Assembly: GCF_009914755.1 (NCBI RefSeq)
Contig: NC_060940.1
DNA: 64,000 nt
Source: the human T2T-CHM13v2.0 reference genome, Homo sapiens
Reading direction: 5' to 3' (one strand)
Below are positions 13,674 to 28,800 of this stretch, in pieces. Position 1 is the stretch's first letter; the number at the start of each line of letters is the position of its first letter. A program made the position numbers and the translations under genes. The notes below the pieces were generated by a model. The model was given only the letters and a program-made list of their open reading frames with translations. It was not told where the DNA came from and did not search any database.

Positions 13674-16600
13674 TCAATTCCATTCGATGATTCCATTCGA
13701 TTCCATTCGATAATGATTACATCCGAGTCCATTCGATGATTCCCTTTGAGCCTGTTCGATAATTCCATTTGAGTCCAACCAATGATTCCATTCATTTCCA
13801 TTCAATGATTCCATTCGAGTCCATTTGATCATTCCGGTAGGGTCCATTCGATGTTGATTCCATTGGAGTGCATTCGATGATTCCATTCGAGTCCATTTTA
13901 GGATTTGATTCGAGTCCTTTCGATGATTCCATTCGATTCCACTCGATGATGATTTCATTCGAGTCCATTCGACACTTCCAATCGATTCCATTTGATGATT
14001 CCATTCGAGTCCAATTGATGATTCCATTCAATTCCATTCGATGATGATTCCGTACGATTCCATTCTGTGATGATTCCATGTGATTGCATTCAATGATGAT
14101 TCCTTTCGATTGCATTCGATTATGATTCATTTCGTGTTCATTCTATGGTTCCACAGGTTTCCATTCGTGTCCATTCCATTATTCCATTCTATTCCATTTG
14201 ATGATGATTCCATTCGATTCCATTCATTGGTGATTCCACTCAATTCCATTCAATGATTCCATTCCATTTCTTTCAACAATGATTCCATTAGTTTCTAATC
14301 GATGATCCACTTGATTCCATTTGACGACGATTCCATTCTTGTCCATTCGATGATTCCATTTGATTCCATATGATGATGATTCCATTCGATTCCATACCAT
14401 GATGATTCCATTCGAGTCCATTCAATGGTGATTCCATTCAATTCCATTCGATGATTCCTTTTGATTCCATTCGATGATGATGGCATTCGATTCCTTTCAA
14501 TCATTCCCTTTGATTCCATTCAAAGGTGATTTCATTCAAGTCCATTCGATAATTGCATTCGATTCCATTCTATGATGATTCCATTCGAGTCCATTTGATG
14601 ATTCCATTCAATTCAAGTCAATGATGATTCCATTCCATTCCATTCGATGATTCCATTGGATTCCATTCGATGATGATTCCATTCAAATCCATTCGATAAT
14701 TCAATTCAAGTCCATTCGATGATGATTCCAATCGAATCCATTCAAAGATTCCATTCAGTTCCATTCGATGATTCCCTTAGATTCCATTCGATGATTCCAC
14801 TTGATTGCATTTACGATGATTCCATTCGATTCCATGTGATGATTCCATTCAATTCTATTCAATGATGTCTCCATTTGATTCCATTCGACCATGATTGCCT
14901 TTGATTCCATTCAATGATTCCATTCGGTTCCGTTTGATGATGATTCCGTTCGATTCCATTTGATGATTCCATTTGATTCCATTGGATGAGTCCATTCGAT
15001 TACATTCGATGATTATTCCATTCGAGTGCATTAGATGATTCCATTCGAGTCCATTCGATGATTCCATTCGATTCCATTCGATGTTGATTCTGTTCAAATC
15101 CATTCGATGATTCCACTCGATTCCATTCGTTGACTCCATTTGATCCCATTCGATGATTTCCTTTGATTCCCTTTGATGATCATTCCATTTGATTCAATTC
15201 GGTGATTTCATTTGATTCCATTCAGTGATGTTTCCATTCGACTCCATTCGATGATGATTCCATTCGACTCCATTCGATTATGATTTCATTCAATTCCATT
15301 CGATAATGATTCCCTTCGAGTCCATTCGATGATTCCATTCGATTCCATTCAACGATGATTTGATTCGTGTCCATTCGATGATTCCATTTGATTCCACTTG
15401 ATGATGATTCCATTCGAGTCCATTTGATGATTCCATTCAATTCCATACTCCGATGATTTCTTTTGAGCCCACTCAATGCTTCCACTCGATTCCATATGAT
15501 GATGACTCCATTCGATGAAATTCGATGATGATTCCATTCGCTTGCTTTCGATGATGATTCCACTTGAGTCCGTTAGAAGATTCTATTCAATTACATTCCA
15601 TGACGATTCCGTTCGAGTCCATTTGATGATTCCATTAGACTCCATTCGACGATGATTCCATTCGATGTTATTCGATGATTCCATTCGATCTCATTCGATG
15701 ATGATTCCATTCAACTCCATTCGATGTTTCCATTCGAGTTCATTCTATTATTCCATTAGATTCCATTCGATGATGATTCCATTCGATTCCATTTGATGAT
15801 TGCATTCTATTTCATTTGATGATGATTCCATTCGAGTCCACTCGATGATTCCATTCGAGTCCATTTAATGAATCCATTGGTTTCGATTCTATGATGATAA
15901 CATTGGATTCCATTCGTTGATGATTTCATTCGGTTCCATTCAATGATGATTCCATTCAATTCCTTTCAATGTTTCCATTCAATTCCATACGATGATGATT
16001 CCATTTGATTTGATTCGACAGTGAGCCATTCGATTCAATTCCATGATGATTCTATTTGATTCAATTGGTTGACATTTCCATTCGATTCCATTCGATGATG
16101 ATTCCCTTTGATTCCGTTCAAAGATGATTCCATTCTAGCCCATTCAATGATTCCATTCGATTCTATTCAATGATGATTCCATTCATGTCGATTTGGTGAT
16201 TCCATTTGACTTCATTTGATGATGATTCCTTTCAAGTTCATTAGATGATTCCATTCGATTCCATTTGATGATGATCCCATTCGAGTCCATTCAGTGATTC
16301 CATTCGTTTCCATTCCATGATGATTCCATTCCTTTCCATTCAATGATTCCATTCGATTCCGTTTGATGATGATTTCATTCGAGTCCATTTGATGATTCCA
16401 TTTGATTCCATTCGATGATGATTCCATTCGAGTCCATTCGATGATTCTATTCGAATCCATTTGATGATTTCTTTTGATTATATTTGGTGATGATTCCATT
16501 GGAGTCCATTCAATGATTCCATTCTATTCCAATCGATGATGATTCCATTAGAGTCCATTTAATGATTCCATTTGATTCCAGTCTCTGATGATTACATTCG

Positions 16601-19600
16601 AGTCCATACGATGATTCCACTCAATTCCATATGATGATGATTCCATTTGATTCCATTCGGTGATTCCATTCTATTCTATTCAATGGTGATTCCATTCGAG
16701 TACATTAGATGATTCCATTCGATTCCATTCAATGATGATTCTATTTGTGTCCCTTAGATGATTCCACATGATTCCATTAGATGATGATACTATTTGAGCC
16801 CATCCAATGATTCCCTTCGATTCCATTCGATGAGGATTCCATTCGATTCAATTCATTGGTGATTCTATTCAATTCAATTCTTTGATTCCATTCCATTCCA
16901 TTCGACAATGATTCCATTCGATTTCTTTCGATGATTCCACTCGATTCCACTTGACATTGATTCCATTCGATTCCATTCAATGATTCCATTTGATTCCAGT
17001 GGATGATGATTGCCATCGATTCCATTCGATCACTCCATTCTATTCCATTTGATGATGATTACATTCGATTCCATTTGATGATTCCATCTGATTCTATTCG
17101 AGGATTCCATTTGATTCCATTCGATGATGATTCCATTCGAGTCCATTAGATGATTCCATTTGATTCCATTTGAAAATGATTCTACTAGAGTCCATTCAAT
17201 GACTCCATTCGAGTCCATTCAACAATTCCATTCGACTCCATTCGATGATTCCATTCGATTCCATTTGATGGTTCCATTCGAGTCCATTTAATCATTACAG
17301 TCGAGTCCATTTGGTGATTCCACTGGATTTCCTTTGATAATGATACCATTCAATTACATTTGATGATGATCCCATTCAATTTCATTTGATGATGATTCCA
17401 TTAGAGTCCATTCGATGATTTCATTCGAGTCCCTTCATTGATTCCATCCGATTTCATTGGATGATGACTCCATTCGAGTCCATTCGATGATTCCACTCGA
17501 TTCCATTAGATGACTCCATTGGAGTCCATTTGATTGTTCCATTCGATTCCATTCGATTCCTTTCGAAGATTATTCCATTTGAGTCCATTCGATGATGATT
17601 CCATTCCATTCCATTCGATGATTCCGTTTGATTCCATTCGATGATTCCCTTCGATTCCTTTCTTTGATGATTCCATTCCATTCCATTCAATGATTCCATT
17701 CGAATCTATTCCATGATGATTCCTTTCGATTCCATTCGCTGATGTTTCCGTTCAATTCCATTCGATGATGATTCCATTCGATTCCATTCATTGAGGATTC
17801 CATTTGATTCCATTCAATGATGATTCCATTCTATTCCATTCAATGATTGCATTCAATTCCATTCAATGATTATCCCATTAGAGTAAACTCAACGATTCCA
17901 TTCAATACCATTCGATGATGATTCCTTTTGAGTCCATTCAATGATTTCATTCAAGTCCATTTGATGATTCCTTTCAATTCCATTCTATGATGATTCCATT
18001 CGAGTCCATTCGATGATTCCATTCGATTGCATTCGATGATTCCATTATATTCCATTCAACGGTGATTCCATTCGAGTCCATTCCATGATTCCATTAGAGT
18101 ACATTTAATGATTGCTTTGTTTTCAATTCGAAGATGATTACATTGGATTCCATTCTATGATACCATTCGATTCCATTCAATGATGATTCCACTCAAATCC
18201 ATTGGATGATTCCATTCGTGTCCATTCGGTGATTTCATTAGATTCCATTCGAGGATGATTCCATTCGATTCCATTCGATGATTCCATTCAATTCCATTCG
18301 ATGATGATTCCATTCCAGTCCATATGATCATTCCATTTGATTTCATTCGATGATGATTCCATTCGATTCCATTCGACGATTCCATTCTATTCCATTCGAT
18401 GATGATTCCATTCGAGTCCATTCGATGATTCCATTCGAGTCCATTTAATGATTCCATTGGGTTCAATTCAATGATGATTACATTGGATTCTGTTCTATGA
18501 TTCCATTCAATTCCGTTCATTGACAATTTGATTCCATTCGATGATGATTCCATTTGAGTTCATTCGATGATTCTATTCGATTCTCTTCGATGGTGATTCA
18601 ATTCTATTATATTGGATGATTCCATTCGATTCCATTTGATGTTGATTCAATTCGATTCTATTCGATGATGATTCCATTGGATTTCACTTGATGATTCTAT
18701 TCGATTCCATTCAATGATGATTCACTTCTCGTCCATTGGATGATTCCATTTCATTCCATTCGATGATGATTCCATTCGATTCCATTCGATGATTCCATTT
18801 GATTCCATGCGTCGGTGAGCAATTCGATTCAATTCCATGATGATTCTATTTGATTCAATTAGATGATGTTTCCATTCGAATCCATTCCATGATTATTCCA
18901 TTGGAATCCATTCGGCGATGATTCCATATGAGTCAATTCAATGATGATTCCATATGGGTCCGTTCGATGATAATTCCATTTGATTTCATTCGATGCTTCT
19001 ATTCTATTCCAGTCGATGATGATTCCGTTGGAGTCCATACGATGATTCCATTTGATTTCATTTGATGATGATTCCATTCGATGATGATTACATTGGATTC
19101 CATTCTATGATTCCATTCAATTCCATTCGTTGATGATTCGATTCCATTCAATGATGATTCCATTTGAGTTCATTCGATGATTCTATTCGATTCCGTTCGA
19201 TGGTGATTCAATTCTATTATATTGGATGATTCCAGTCGATTCCATTTGATGATTATTCCATTGGAGTCCACTTAGTGAATCCTTTAGATTCTACTCGACG
19301 ATGATTCCATTCGAGTCCATTCGATGATACCATTCAATTCCATTCGTTGATGCTTCCATTCAAGTGCATTCGATGATATCATTCGATTCCATTTGATGAT
19401 AATTCCATTTGATTCCATGCGATGATTCTATTCGATTCCATTCAATGATAATTCCATTCAATTCAGTGATTCCTCTGGACTCCATTTGATGATGATTCCA
19501 TTCAATGATTCCATTCGATTCTATTCGAAAATGATTCCATTTGAATCCATTTGATGATGATTCCATTAGATTCCATTTGATGATTCCATTCGATTCCATT

Positions 19601-19739
19601 CGACGATGATTCCATTCGATTCCGTTTGATGATTCCATTCTATTCTATTCGATGATGATTCCATTCGATTCCATTCGATGATGATTGGATTCGATTCCAT
19701 TTGATGATTTCATTTGATTCCATTCGTTAATGATTTCGA
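13674..19739 (+). repeat. HOR unit U3, 6066 bp (6112 -46)
   Basis: It lacks the ...gatttcattcgagtacatccaatg... block; the junction is at 17127-17147. Confidence 0.9.
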
Positions 19740-22700
19740 TCAATTCCATTCGATGATTCCATTCGATTCCATTCGATAATGATTACATCCGAGTCCATTC
19801 GATGATTCCCTTTGAGCCTGTTCGATAATTCCATTTGAGTCCAACCAATGATTCCATTCATTTCCATTCAATGATTCCATTCGAGTCCATTTGATCATTC
19901 CGGTAGGGTCCATTCGATGTTGATTCCATTGGAGTGCATTCGATGATTCCATTCGAGTCCATTTTAGGATTTGATTCGAGTCCTTTCGATGATTCCATTC
20001 GATTCCACTCGATGATGATTTCATTCGAGTCCATTCGACACTTCCAATCGATTCCATTTGATGATTCCATTCGAGTCCAATTGATGATTCCATTCAATTC
20101 CATTCGATGATGATTCCGTACGATTCCATTCTGTGATGATTCCATGTGATTGCATTCAATGATGATTCCTTTCGATTGCATTCGATTATGATTCATTTCG
20201 TGTTCATTCTATGGTTCCACAGGTTTCCATTCGTGTCCATTCCATTATTCCATTCTATTCCATTTGATGATGATTCCATTCGATTCCATTCATTGGTGAT
20301 TCCACTCAATTCCATTCAATGATTCCATTCCATTTCTTTCAACAATGATTCCATTAGTTTCTAATCGATGATCCACTTGATTCCATTTGACGACGATTCC
20401 ATTCTTGTCCATTCGATGATTCCATTTGATTCCATATGATGATGATTCCATTCGATTCCATACCATGATGATTCCATTCGAGTCCATTCAATGGTGATTC
20501 CATTCAATTCCATTCGATGATTCCTTTTGATTCCATTCGATGATGATGGCATTCGATTCCTTTCAATCATTCCCTTTGATTCCATTCAAAGGTGATTTCA
20601 TTCAAGTCCATTCGATAATTGCATTCGATTCCATTCTATGATGATTCCATTCGAGTCCATTTGATGATTCCATTCAATTCAAGTCAATGATGATTCCATT
20701 CCATTCCATTCGATGATTCCATTGGATTCCATTCGATGATGATTCCATTCAAATCCATTCGATAATTCAATTCAAGTCCATTCGATGATGATTCCAATCG
20801 AATCCATTCAAAGATTCCATTCAGTTCCATTCGATGATTCCCTTAGATTCCATTCGATGATTCCACTTGATTGCATTTACGATGATTCCATTCGATTCCA
20901 TGTGATGATTCCATTCAATTCTATTCAATGATGTCTCCATTTGATTCCATTCGACCATGATTGCCTTTGATTCCATTCAATGATTCCATTCGGTTCCGTT
21001 TGATGATGATTCCGTTCGATTCCATTTGATGATTCCATTTGATTCCATTGGATGAGTCCATTCGATTACATTCGATGATTATTCCATTCGAGTGCATTAG
21101 ATGATTCCATTCGAGTCCATTCGATGATTCCATTCGATTCCATTCGATGTTGATTCTGTTCAAATCCATTCGATGATTCCACTCGATTCCATTCGTTGAC
21201 TCCATTTGATCCCATTCGATGATTTCCTTTGATTCCCTTTGATGATCATTCCATTTGATTCAATTCGGTGATTTCATTTGATTCCATTCAGTGATGTTTC
21301 CATTCGACTCCATTCGATGATGATTCCATTCGACTCCATTCGATTATGATTTCATTCAATTCCATTCGATAATGATTCCCTTCGAGTCCATTCGATGATT
21401 CCATTCGATTCCATTCAACGATGATTTGATTCGTGTCCATTCGATGATTCCATTTGATTCCACTTGATGATGATTCCATTCGAGTCCATTTGATGATTCC
21501 ATTCAATTCCATACTCCGATGATTTCTTTTGAGCCCACTCAATGCTTCCACTCGATTCCATATGATGATGACTCCATTCGATGAAATTCGATGATGATTC
21601 CATTCGCTTGCTTTCGATGATGATTCCACTTGAGTCCGTTAGAAGATTCTATTCAATTACATTCCATGACGATTCCGTTCGAGTCCATTTGATGATTCCA
21701 TTAGACTCCATTCGACGATGATTCCATTCGATGTTATTCGATGATTCCATTCGATCTCATTCGATGATGATTCCATTCAACTCCATTCGATGTTTCCATT
21801 CGAGTTCATTCTATTATTCCATTAGATTCCATTCGATGATGATTCCATTCGATTCCATTTGATGATTGCATTCTATTTCATTTGATGATGATTCCATTCG
21901 AGTCCACTCGATGATTCCATTCGAGTCCATTTAATGAATCCATTGGTTTCGATTCTATGATGATAACATTGGATTCCATTCGTTGATGATTTCATTCGGT
22001 TCCATTCAATGATGATTCCATTCAATTCCTTTCAATGTTTCCATTCAATTCCATACGATGATGATTCCATTTGATTTGATTCGACAGTGAGCCATTCGAT
22101 TCAATTCCATGATGATTCTATTTGATTCAATTGGTTGACATTTCCATTCGATTCCATTCGATGATGATTCCCTTTGATTCCGTTCAAAGATGATTCCATT
22201 CTAGCCCATTCAATGATTCCATTCGATTCTATTCAATGATGATTCCATTCATGTCGATTTGGTGATTCCATTTGACTTCATTTGATGATGATTCCTTTCA
22301 AGTTCATTAGATGATTCCATTCGATTCCATTTGATGATGATCCCATTCGAGTCCATTCAGTGATTCCATTCGTTTCCATTCCATGATGATTCCATTCCTT
22401 TCCATTCAATGATTCCATTCGATTCCGTTTGATGATGATTTCATTCGAGTCCATTTGATGATTCCATTTGATTCCATTCGATGATGATTCCATTCGAGTC
22501 CATTCGATGATTCTATTCGAATCCATTTGATGATTTCTTTTGATTATATTTGGTGATGATTCCATTGGAGTCCATTCAATGATTCCATTCTATTCCAATC
22601 GATGATGATTCCATTAGAGTCCATTTAATGATTCCATTTGATTCCAGTCTCTGATGATTACATTCGAGTCCATACGATGATTCCACTCAATTCCATATGA

Positions 22701-25700
22701 TGATGATTCCATTTGATTCCATTCGGTGATTCCATTCTATTCTATTCAATGGTGATTCCATTCGAGTACATTAGATGATTCCATTCGATTCCATTCAATG
22801 ATGATTCTATTTGTGTCCCTTAGATGATTCCACATGATTCCATTAGATGATGATACTATTTGAGCCCATCCAATGATTCCCTTCGATTCCATTCGATGAG
22901 GATTCCATTCGATTCAATTCATTGGTGATTCTATTCAATTCAATTCTTTGATTCCATTCCATTCCATTCGACAATGATTCCATTCGATTTCTTTCGATGA
23001 TTCCACTCGATTCCACTTGACATTGATTCCATTCGATTCCATTCAATGATTCCATTTGATTCCAGTGGATGATGATTGCCATCGATTCCATTCGATCACT
23101 CCATTCTATTCCATTTGATGATGATTACATTCGATTCCATTTGATGATTCCATCTGATTCTATTCGAGGATTCCATTTGATTCCATTCGATGATGATTCC
23201 ATTCGAGTCCATTAGATGATTCCATTTGATTCCATTTGAAAATGATTCTACTAGAGTCCATTCAATGACTCCATTCGAGTCCATTCAACAATTCCATTCG
23301 ACTCCATTCGATGATTCCATTCGATTCCATTTGATGGTTCCATTCGAGTCCATTTAATCATTACAGTCGAGTCCATTTGGTGATTCCACTGGATTTCCTT
23401 TGATAATGATACCATTCAATTACATTTGATGATGATCCCATTCAATTTCATTTGATGATGATTCCATTAGAGTCCATTCGATGATTTCATTCGAGTCCCT
23501 TCATTGATTCCATCCGATTTCATTGGATGATGACTCCATTCGAGTCCATTCGATGATTCCACTCGATTCCATTAGATGACTCCATTGGAGTCCATTTGAT
23601 TGTTCCATTCGATTCCATTCGATTCCTTTCGAAGATTATTCCATTTGAGTCCATTCGATGATGATTCCATTCCATTCCATTCGATGATTCCGTTTGATTC
23701 CATTCGATGATTCCCTTCGATTCCTTTCTTTGATGATTCCATTCCATTCCATTCAATGATTCCATTCGAATCTATTCCATGATGATTCCTTTCGATTCCA
23801 TTCGCTGATGTTTCCGTTCAATTCCATTCGATGATGATTCCATTCGATTCCATTCATTGAGGATTCCATTTGATTCCATTCAATGATGATTCCATTCTAT
23901 TCCATTCAATGATTGCATTCAATTCCATTCAATGATTATCCCATTAGAGTAAACTCAACGATTCCATTCAATACCATTCGATGATGATTCCTTTTGAGTC
24001 CATTCAATGATTTCATTCAAGTCCATTTGATGATTCCTTTCAATTCCATTCTATGATGATTCCATTCGAGTCCATTCGATGATTCCATTCGATTGCATTC
24101 GATGATTCCATTATATTCCATTCAACGGTGATTCCATTCGAGTCCATTCGATGATTCCATTAGAGTACATTTAATGATTGCTTTGTTTTCAATTCGAAGA
24201 TGATTACATTGGATTCCATTCTATGATACCATTCGATTCCATTCAATGATGATTCCACTCAAATCCATTGGATGATTCCATTCGTGTCCATTCGGTGATT
24301 TCATTAGATTCCATTCGAGGATGATTCCATTCGATTCCATTCGATGATTCCATTCAATTCCATTCGATGATGATTCCATTCCAGTCCATATGATCATTCC
24401 ATTTGATTTCATTCGATGATGATTCCATTCGATTCCATTCGACGATTCCATTCTATTCCATTCGATGATGATTCCATTCGAGTCCATTCGATGATTCCAT
24501 TCGAGTCCATTTAATGATTCCATTGGGTTCAATTCAATGATGATTACATTGGATTCTGTTCTATGATTCCATTCAATTCCGTTCATTGACAATTTGATTC
24601 CATTCGATGATGATTCCATTTGAGTTCATTCGATGATTCTATTCGATTCTCTTCGATGGTGATTCAATTCTATTATATTGGATGATTCCATTCGATTCCA
24701 TTTGATGTTGATTCAATTCGATTCTATTCGATGATGATTCCATTGGATTTCACTTGATGATTCTATTCGATTCCATTCAATGATGATTCACTTCTCATCC
24801 ATTGGATGATTCCATTTCATTCCATTCGATGATGATTCCATTCGATTCCATTCGATGATTCCATTTGATTCCATGCGACGGTGAGCAATTCGATTCAATT
24901 CCATGATGATTCTATTTGATTCAATTAGATGATGTTTCCATTCGAATCCATTCCATGATTATTCCATTGGAATCCATTCGGCGATGATTCCATATGAGTC
25001 AATTCAATGATGATTCCATATGGGTCCGTTCGATGATAATTCCATTTGATTTCATTCGATGCTTCTATTCTATTCCAGTCGATGATGATTCCGTTGGAGT
25101 GCATACGATGATTCCATTTGATTTCATTTGATGATGATTCCATTCGATGATGATTACATTGGATTCCATTCTATGATTCCATTCAATTCCATTCGTTGAT
25201 GATTCGATTCCATTCAATGATGATTCCATTTGAGTTCATTCGATGATTCTATTCGATTCCGTTCGATGGTGATTCAATTCTATTATATTGGATGATTCCA
25301 GTCGATTCCATTTGATGATTATTCCATTGGAGTCCACTTAGTGAATCCTTTAGATTCTACTCGACGATGATTCCATTCGAGTCCATTCGATGATACCATT
25401 CAATTCCATTCGTTGATGCTTCCATTCAAGTGCATTCGATGATATCATTCGATTCCATTTGATGATAATTCCATTTGATTCCATGCGATGATTCTATTCG
25501 ATTCCATTCAATGATAATTCCATTCAATTCAGTGATTCCTCTGGACTCCATTTGATGATGATTCCATTCAATGATTCCATTCGATTCTATTCGAAAATGA
25601 TTCCATTTGAATCCATTTGATGATGATTCCATTAGATTCCATTTGATGATTCCATTCGATTCCATTCGACGATGATTCCATTCGATTCCGTTTGATGATT

Positions 25701-25805
25701 CCATTCTATTCTATTCGATGATGATTCCATTCGATTCCATTCGATGATGATTGGATTCGATTCCATTTGATGATTTCATTTGATTCCATTCGTTAATGAT
25801 TTCGA
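19740..25805 (+). repeat. HOR unit U4, 6066 bp (6112 -46), near-identical to U3
   Basis: It has the same 46-bp deletion at 23193-23213, and landmarks are offset by exactly 6066. Confidence 0.9.
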
Positions 25806-28800
25806 TCAATTCCATTCGATGATTCCATTCGATTCCATTCGATAATGATTACATCCGAGTCCATTCGATGATTCCCTTTGAGCCTGTTCGATAATTCCAT
25901 TTGAGTCCAACCAATGATTCCATTCATTTCCATTCAATGATTCCATTCGAGTCCATTTGATCATTCCGGTAGGGTCCATTCGATGTTGATTCCATTGGAG
26001 TGCATTCGATGATTCCATTCGAGTCCATTTTAGGATTTGATTCGAGTCCTTTCGATGATTCCATTCGATTCCACTCGGTGATGATTTCATTCGAGTCCAT
26101 TCGACACTTCCAATCGATTCCATTTGATGATTCCATTCGAGTCCAATTGATGATTCCATTCAATTCCATTCGATGATGATTCCGTACGATTCCATTCTGT
26201 GATGATTCCATGTGATTGCATTCAATGATGATTCCTTTCGATTGCATTCGATTATGATTCATTTCGTGTTCATTCTATGGTTCCACAGGTTTCCATTCGT
26301 GTCCATTCCATTATTCCATTCTATTCCATTTGATGATGATTCCATTCGATTCCATTCATTGGTGATTCCACTCAATTCCATTCAATGATTCCATTCCATT
26401 TCTTTCAACAATGATTCCATTAGTTTCTAATCGATGATCCACTTGATTCCATTTGACGACGATTCCATTCTTGTCCATTCGATGATTCCATTTGATTCCA
26501 TATGATGATGATTCCATTCGATTCCATACCATGATGATTCCATTCGAGTCCATTCAATGGTGATTCCATTCAATTCCATTCGATGATTCCTTTTGATTCC
26601 ATTCGATGATGATGGCATTCGATTCCTTTCAATCATTCCCTTTGATTCCATTCAAAGGTGATTTCATTCAAGTCCATTCGATAATTGCATTCGATTCCAT
26701 TCTATGATGATTCCATTCGAGTCCATTTGATGATTCCATTCAATTCAAGTCAATGATGATTCCATTCGATTCCATTCGATGATTCCATTGGATTCCATTC
26801 GATGATGATTCCATTCAAATCCATTCGATAATTCAATTCAAGTCCATTCGATGATGATTCCAATCGAATCCATTCAAAGATTCCATTCAGTTCCATTCGA
26901 TGATTCCCTTAGATTCCATTCGATGATTCCACTTGATTGCATTTACGATGATTCCATTCGATTCCATGTGATGATTCCATTCAATTCTATTCAATGATGT
27001 CTCCATTTGATTCCATTCGACCATGATTGCCTTTGATTCCATTCAATGATTCCATTCGGTTCCGTTTGATGATGATTCCGTTCGATTCCATTTGATGATT
27101 CCATTTGATTCCATTGGATGAGTCCATTCGATTACATTCGATGATTATTCCATTCGAGTGCATTAGATGATTCCATTCGAGTCCATTCGATGATTCCATT
27201 CGATTCCATTCGATGTTGATTCTGTTCAAATCCATTCGATGATTCCACTCGATTCCATTCGTTGACTCCATTTGATCCCATTCGATGATTTCCTTTGATT
27301 CCCTTTGATGATCATTCCATTTGATTCAATTCGGTGATTTCATTTGATTCCATTCAGTGATGTTTCCATTCGACTCCATTCGATGATGATTCCATTCGAC
27401 TCCATTCGATTATGATTTCATTCAATTCCATTCGATAATGATTCCCTTCGAGTCCATTCGATGATTCCATTCGATTCCATTCAACGATGATTTGATTCGT
27501 GTCCATTCGATGATTCCATTTGATTCCACTTGATGATGATTCCATTCGAGTCCATTTGATGATTCCATTCAATTCCATACTCCGATGATTTCTTTTGAGC
27601 CCACTCAATGCTTCCACTCGATTCCATATGATGATGACTCCATTCGATGAAATTCGATGATGATTCCATTCGCTTGCTTTCGATGATGATTCCACTTGAG
27701 TCCGTTAGAAGATTCTATTCAATTACATTCCATGACGATTCCGTTCGAGTCCATTTGATGATTCCATTAGACTCCATTCGACGATGATTCCATTCGATGT
27801 TATTCGATGATTCCATTCGATCTCATTCGATGATGATTCCATTCAACTCCATTCGATGTTTCCATTCGAGTTCATTCTATTATTCCATTAGATTCCATTC
27901 GATGATGATTCCATTCGATTCCATTTGATGATTGCATTCTATTTCATTTGATGATGATTCCATTCGAGTCCACTCGATGATTCCATTCGAGTCCATTTAA
28001 TGAATCCATTGGTTTCAATTCTATGATGATTACATTGGATTCCATTCGTTGATGATTTCATTCGGTTCCATTCAATGATGATTCCATTCAATTCCTTTCA
28101 ATGTTTCCATTCAATTCCATACGATGATGATTCCATTTGATTTGATTCGACAGTGAGCCATTCGATTCAATTCCATGATGATTCTATTTGATTCAATTGG
28201 TTGACATTTCCATTCGATTCCATTCGATGATGATTCCCTTTGATTCCGTTCAAAGATGATTCCATTCTAGCCCATTCAATCATTCCATTCGATTCTATTC
28301 AATGATGATTCCATTCATGTCGATTTGGTGATTCCATTTGACTTCATTTGATGATGATTCCTTTCAAGTTCATTAGATGATTCCATTCGATTCCATTTGA
28401 TGATGATCCCATTCGAGTCCATTCAGTGATTCCATTCGTTTCCATTCCATGATGATTCCATTCCTTTCCATTCAATGATTCCATTCGATTCCGTTTGATG
28501 ATGATTTCATTCGAGTCCATTTGATGATTCCTTTTGATTCCATTCTATGATGATTCCATTCGAGTCCATTCGATGATTCTATTCGAATCCATTTGATGAT
28601 TTCTTTTGATTATATTTGGTGATGATTCCATTGGAGTCCATTCAATGATTCCATTCTATTCCCATCGATGATGATTCCATTAGAGTCCATTTAATGATTC
28701 CATTTGATTCCAGTCTCTGATGATTACATTCGAGTCCATACGATGATTCCACTCAATTCCATATGATGATGATTCCATTTGATTCCATTCGGTGATTCCA

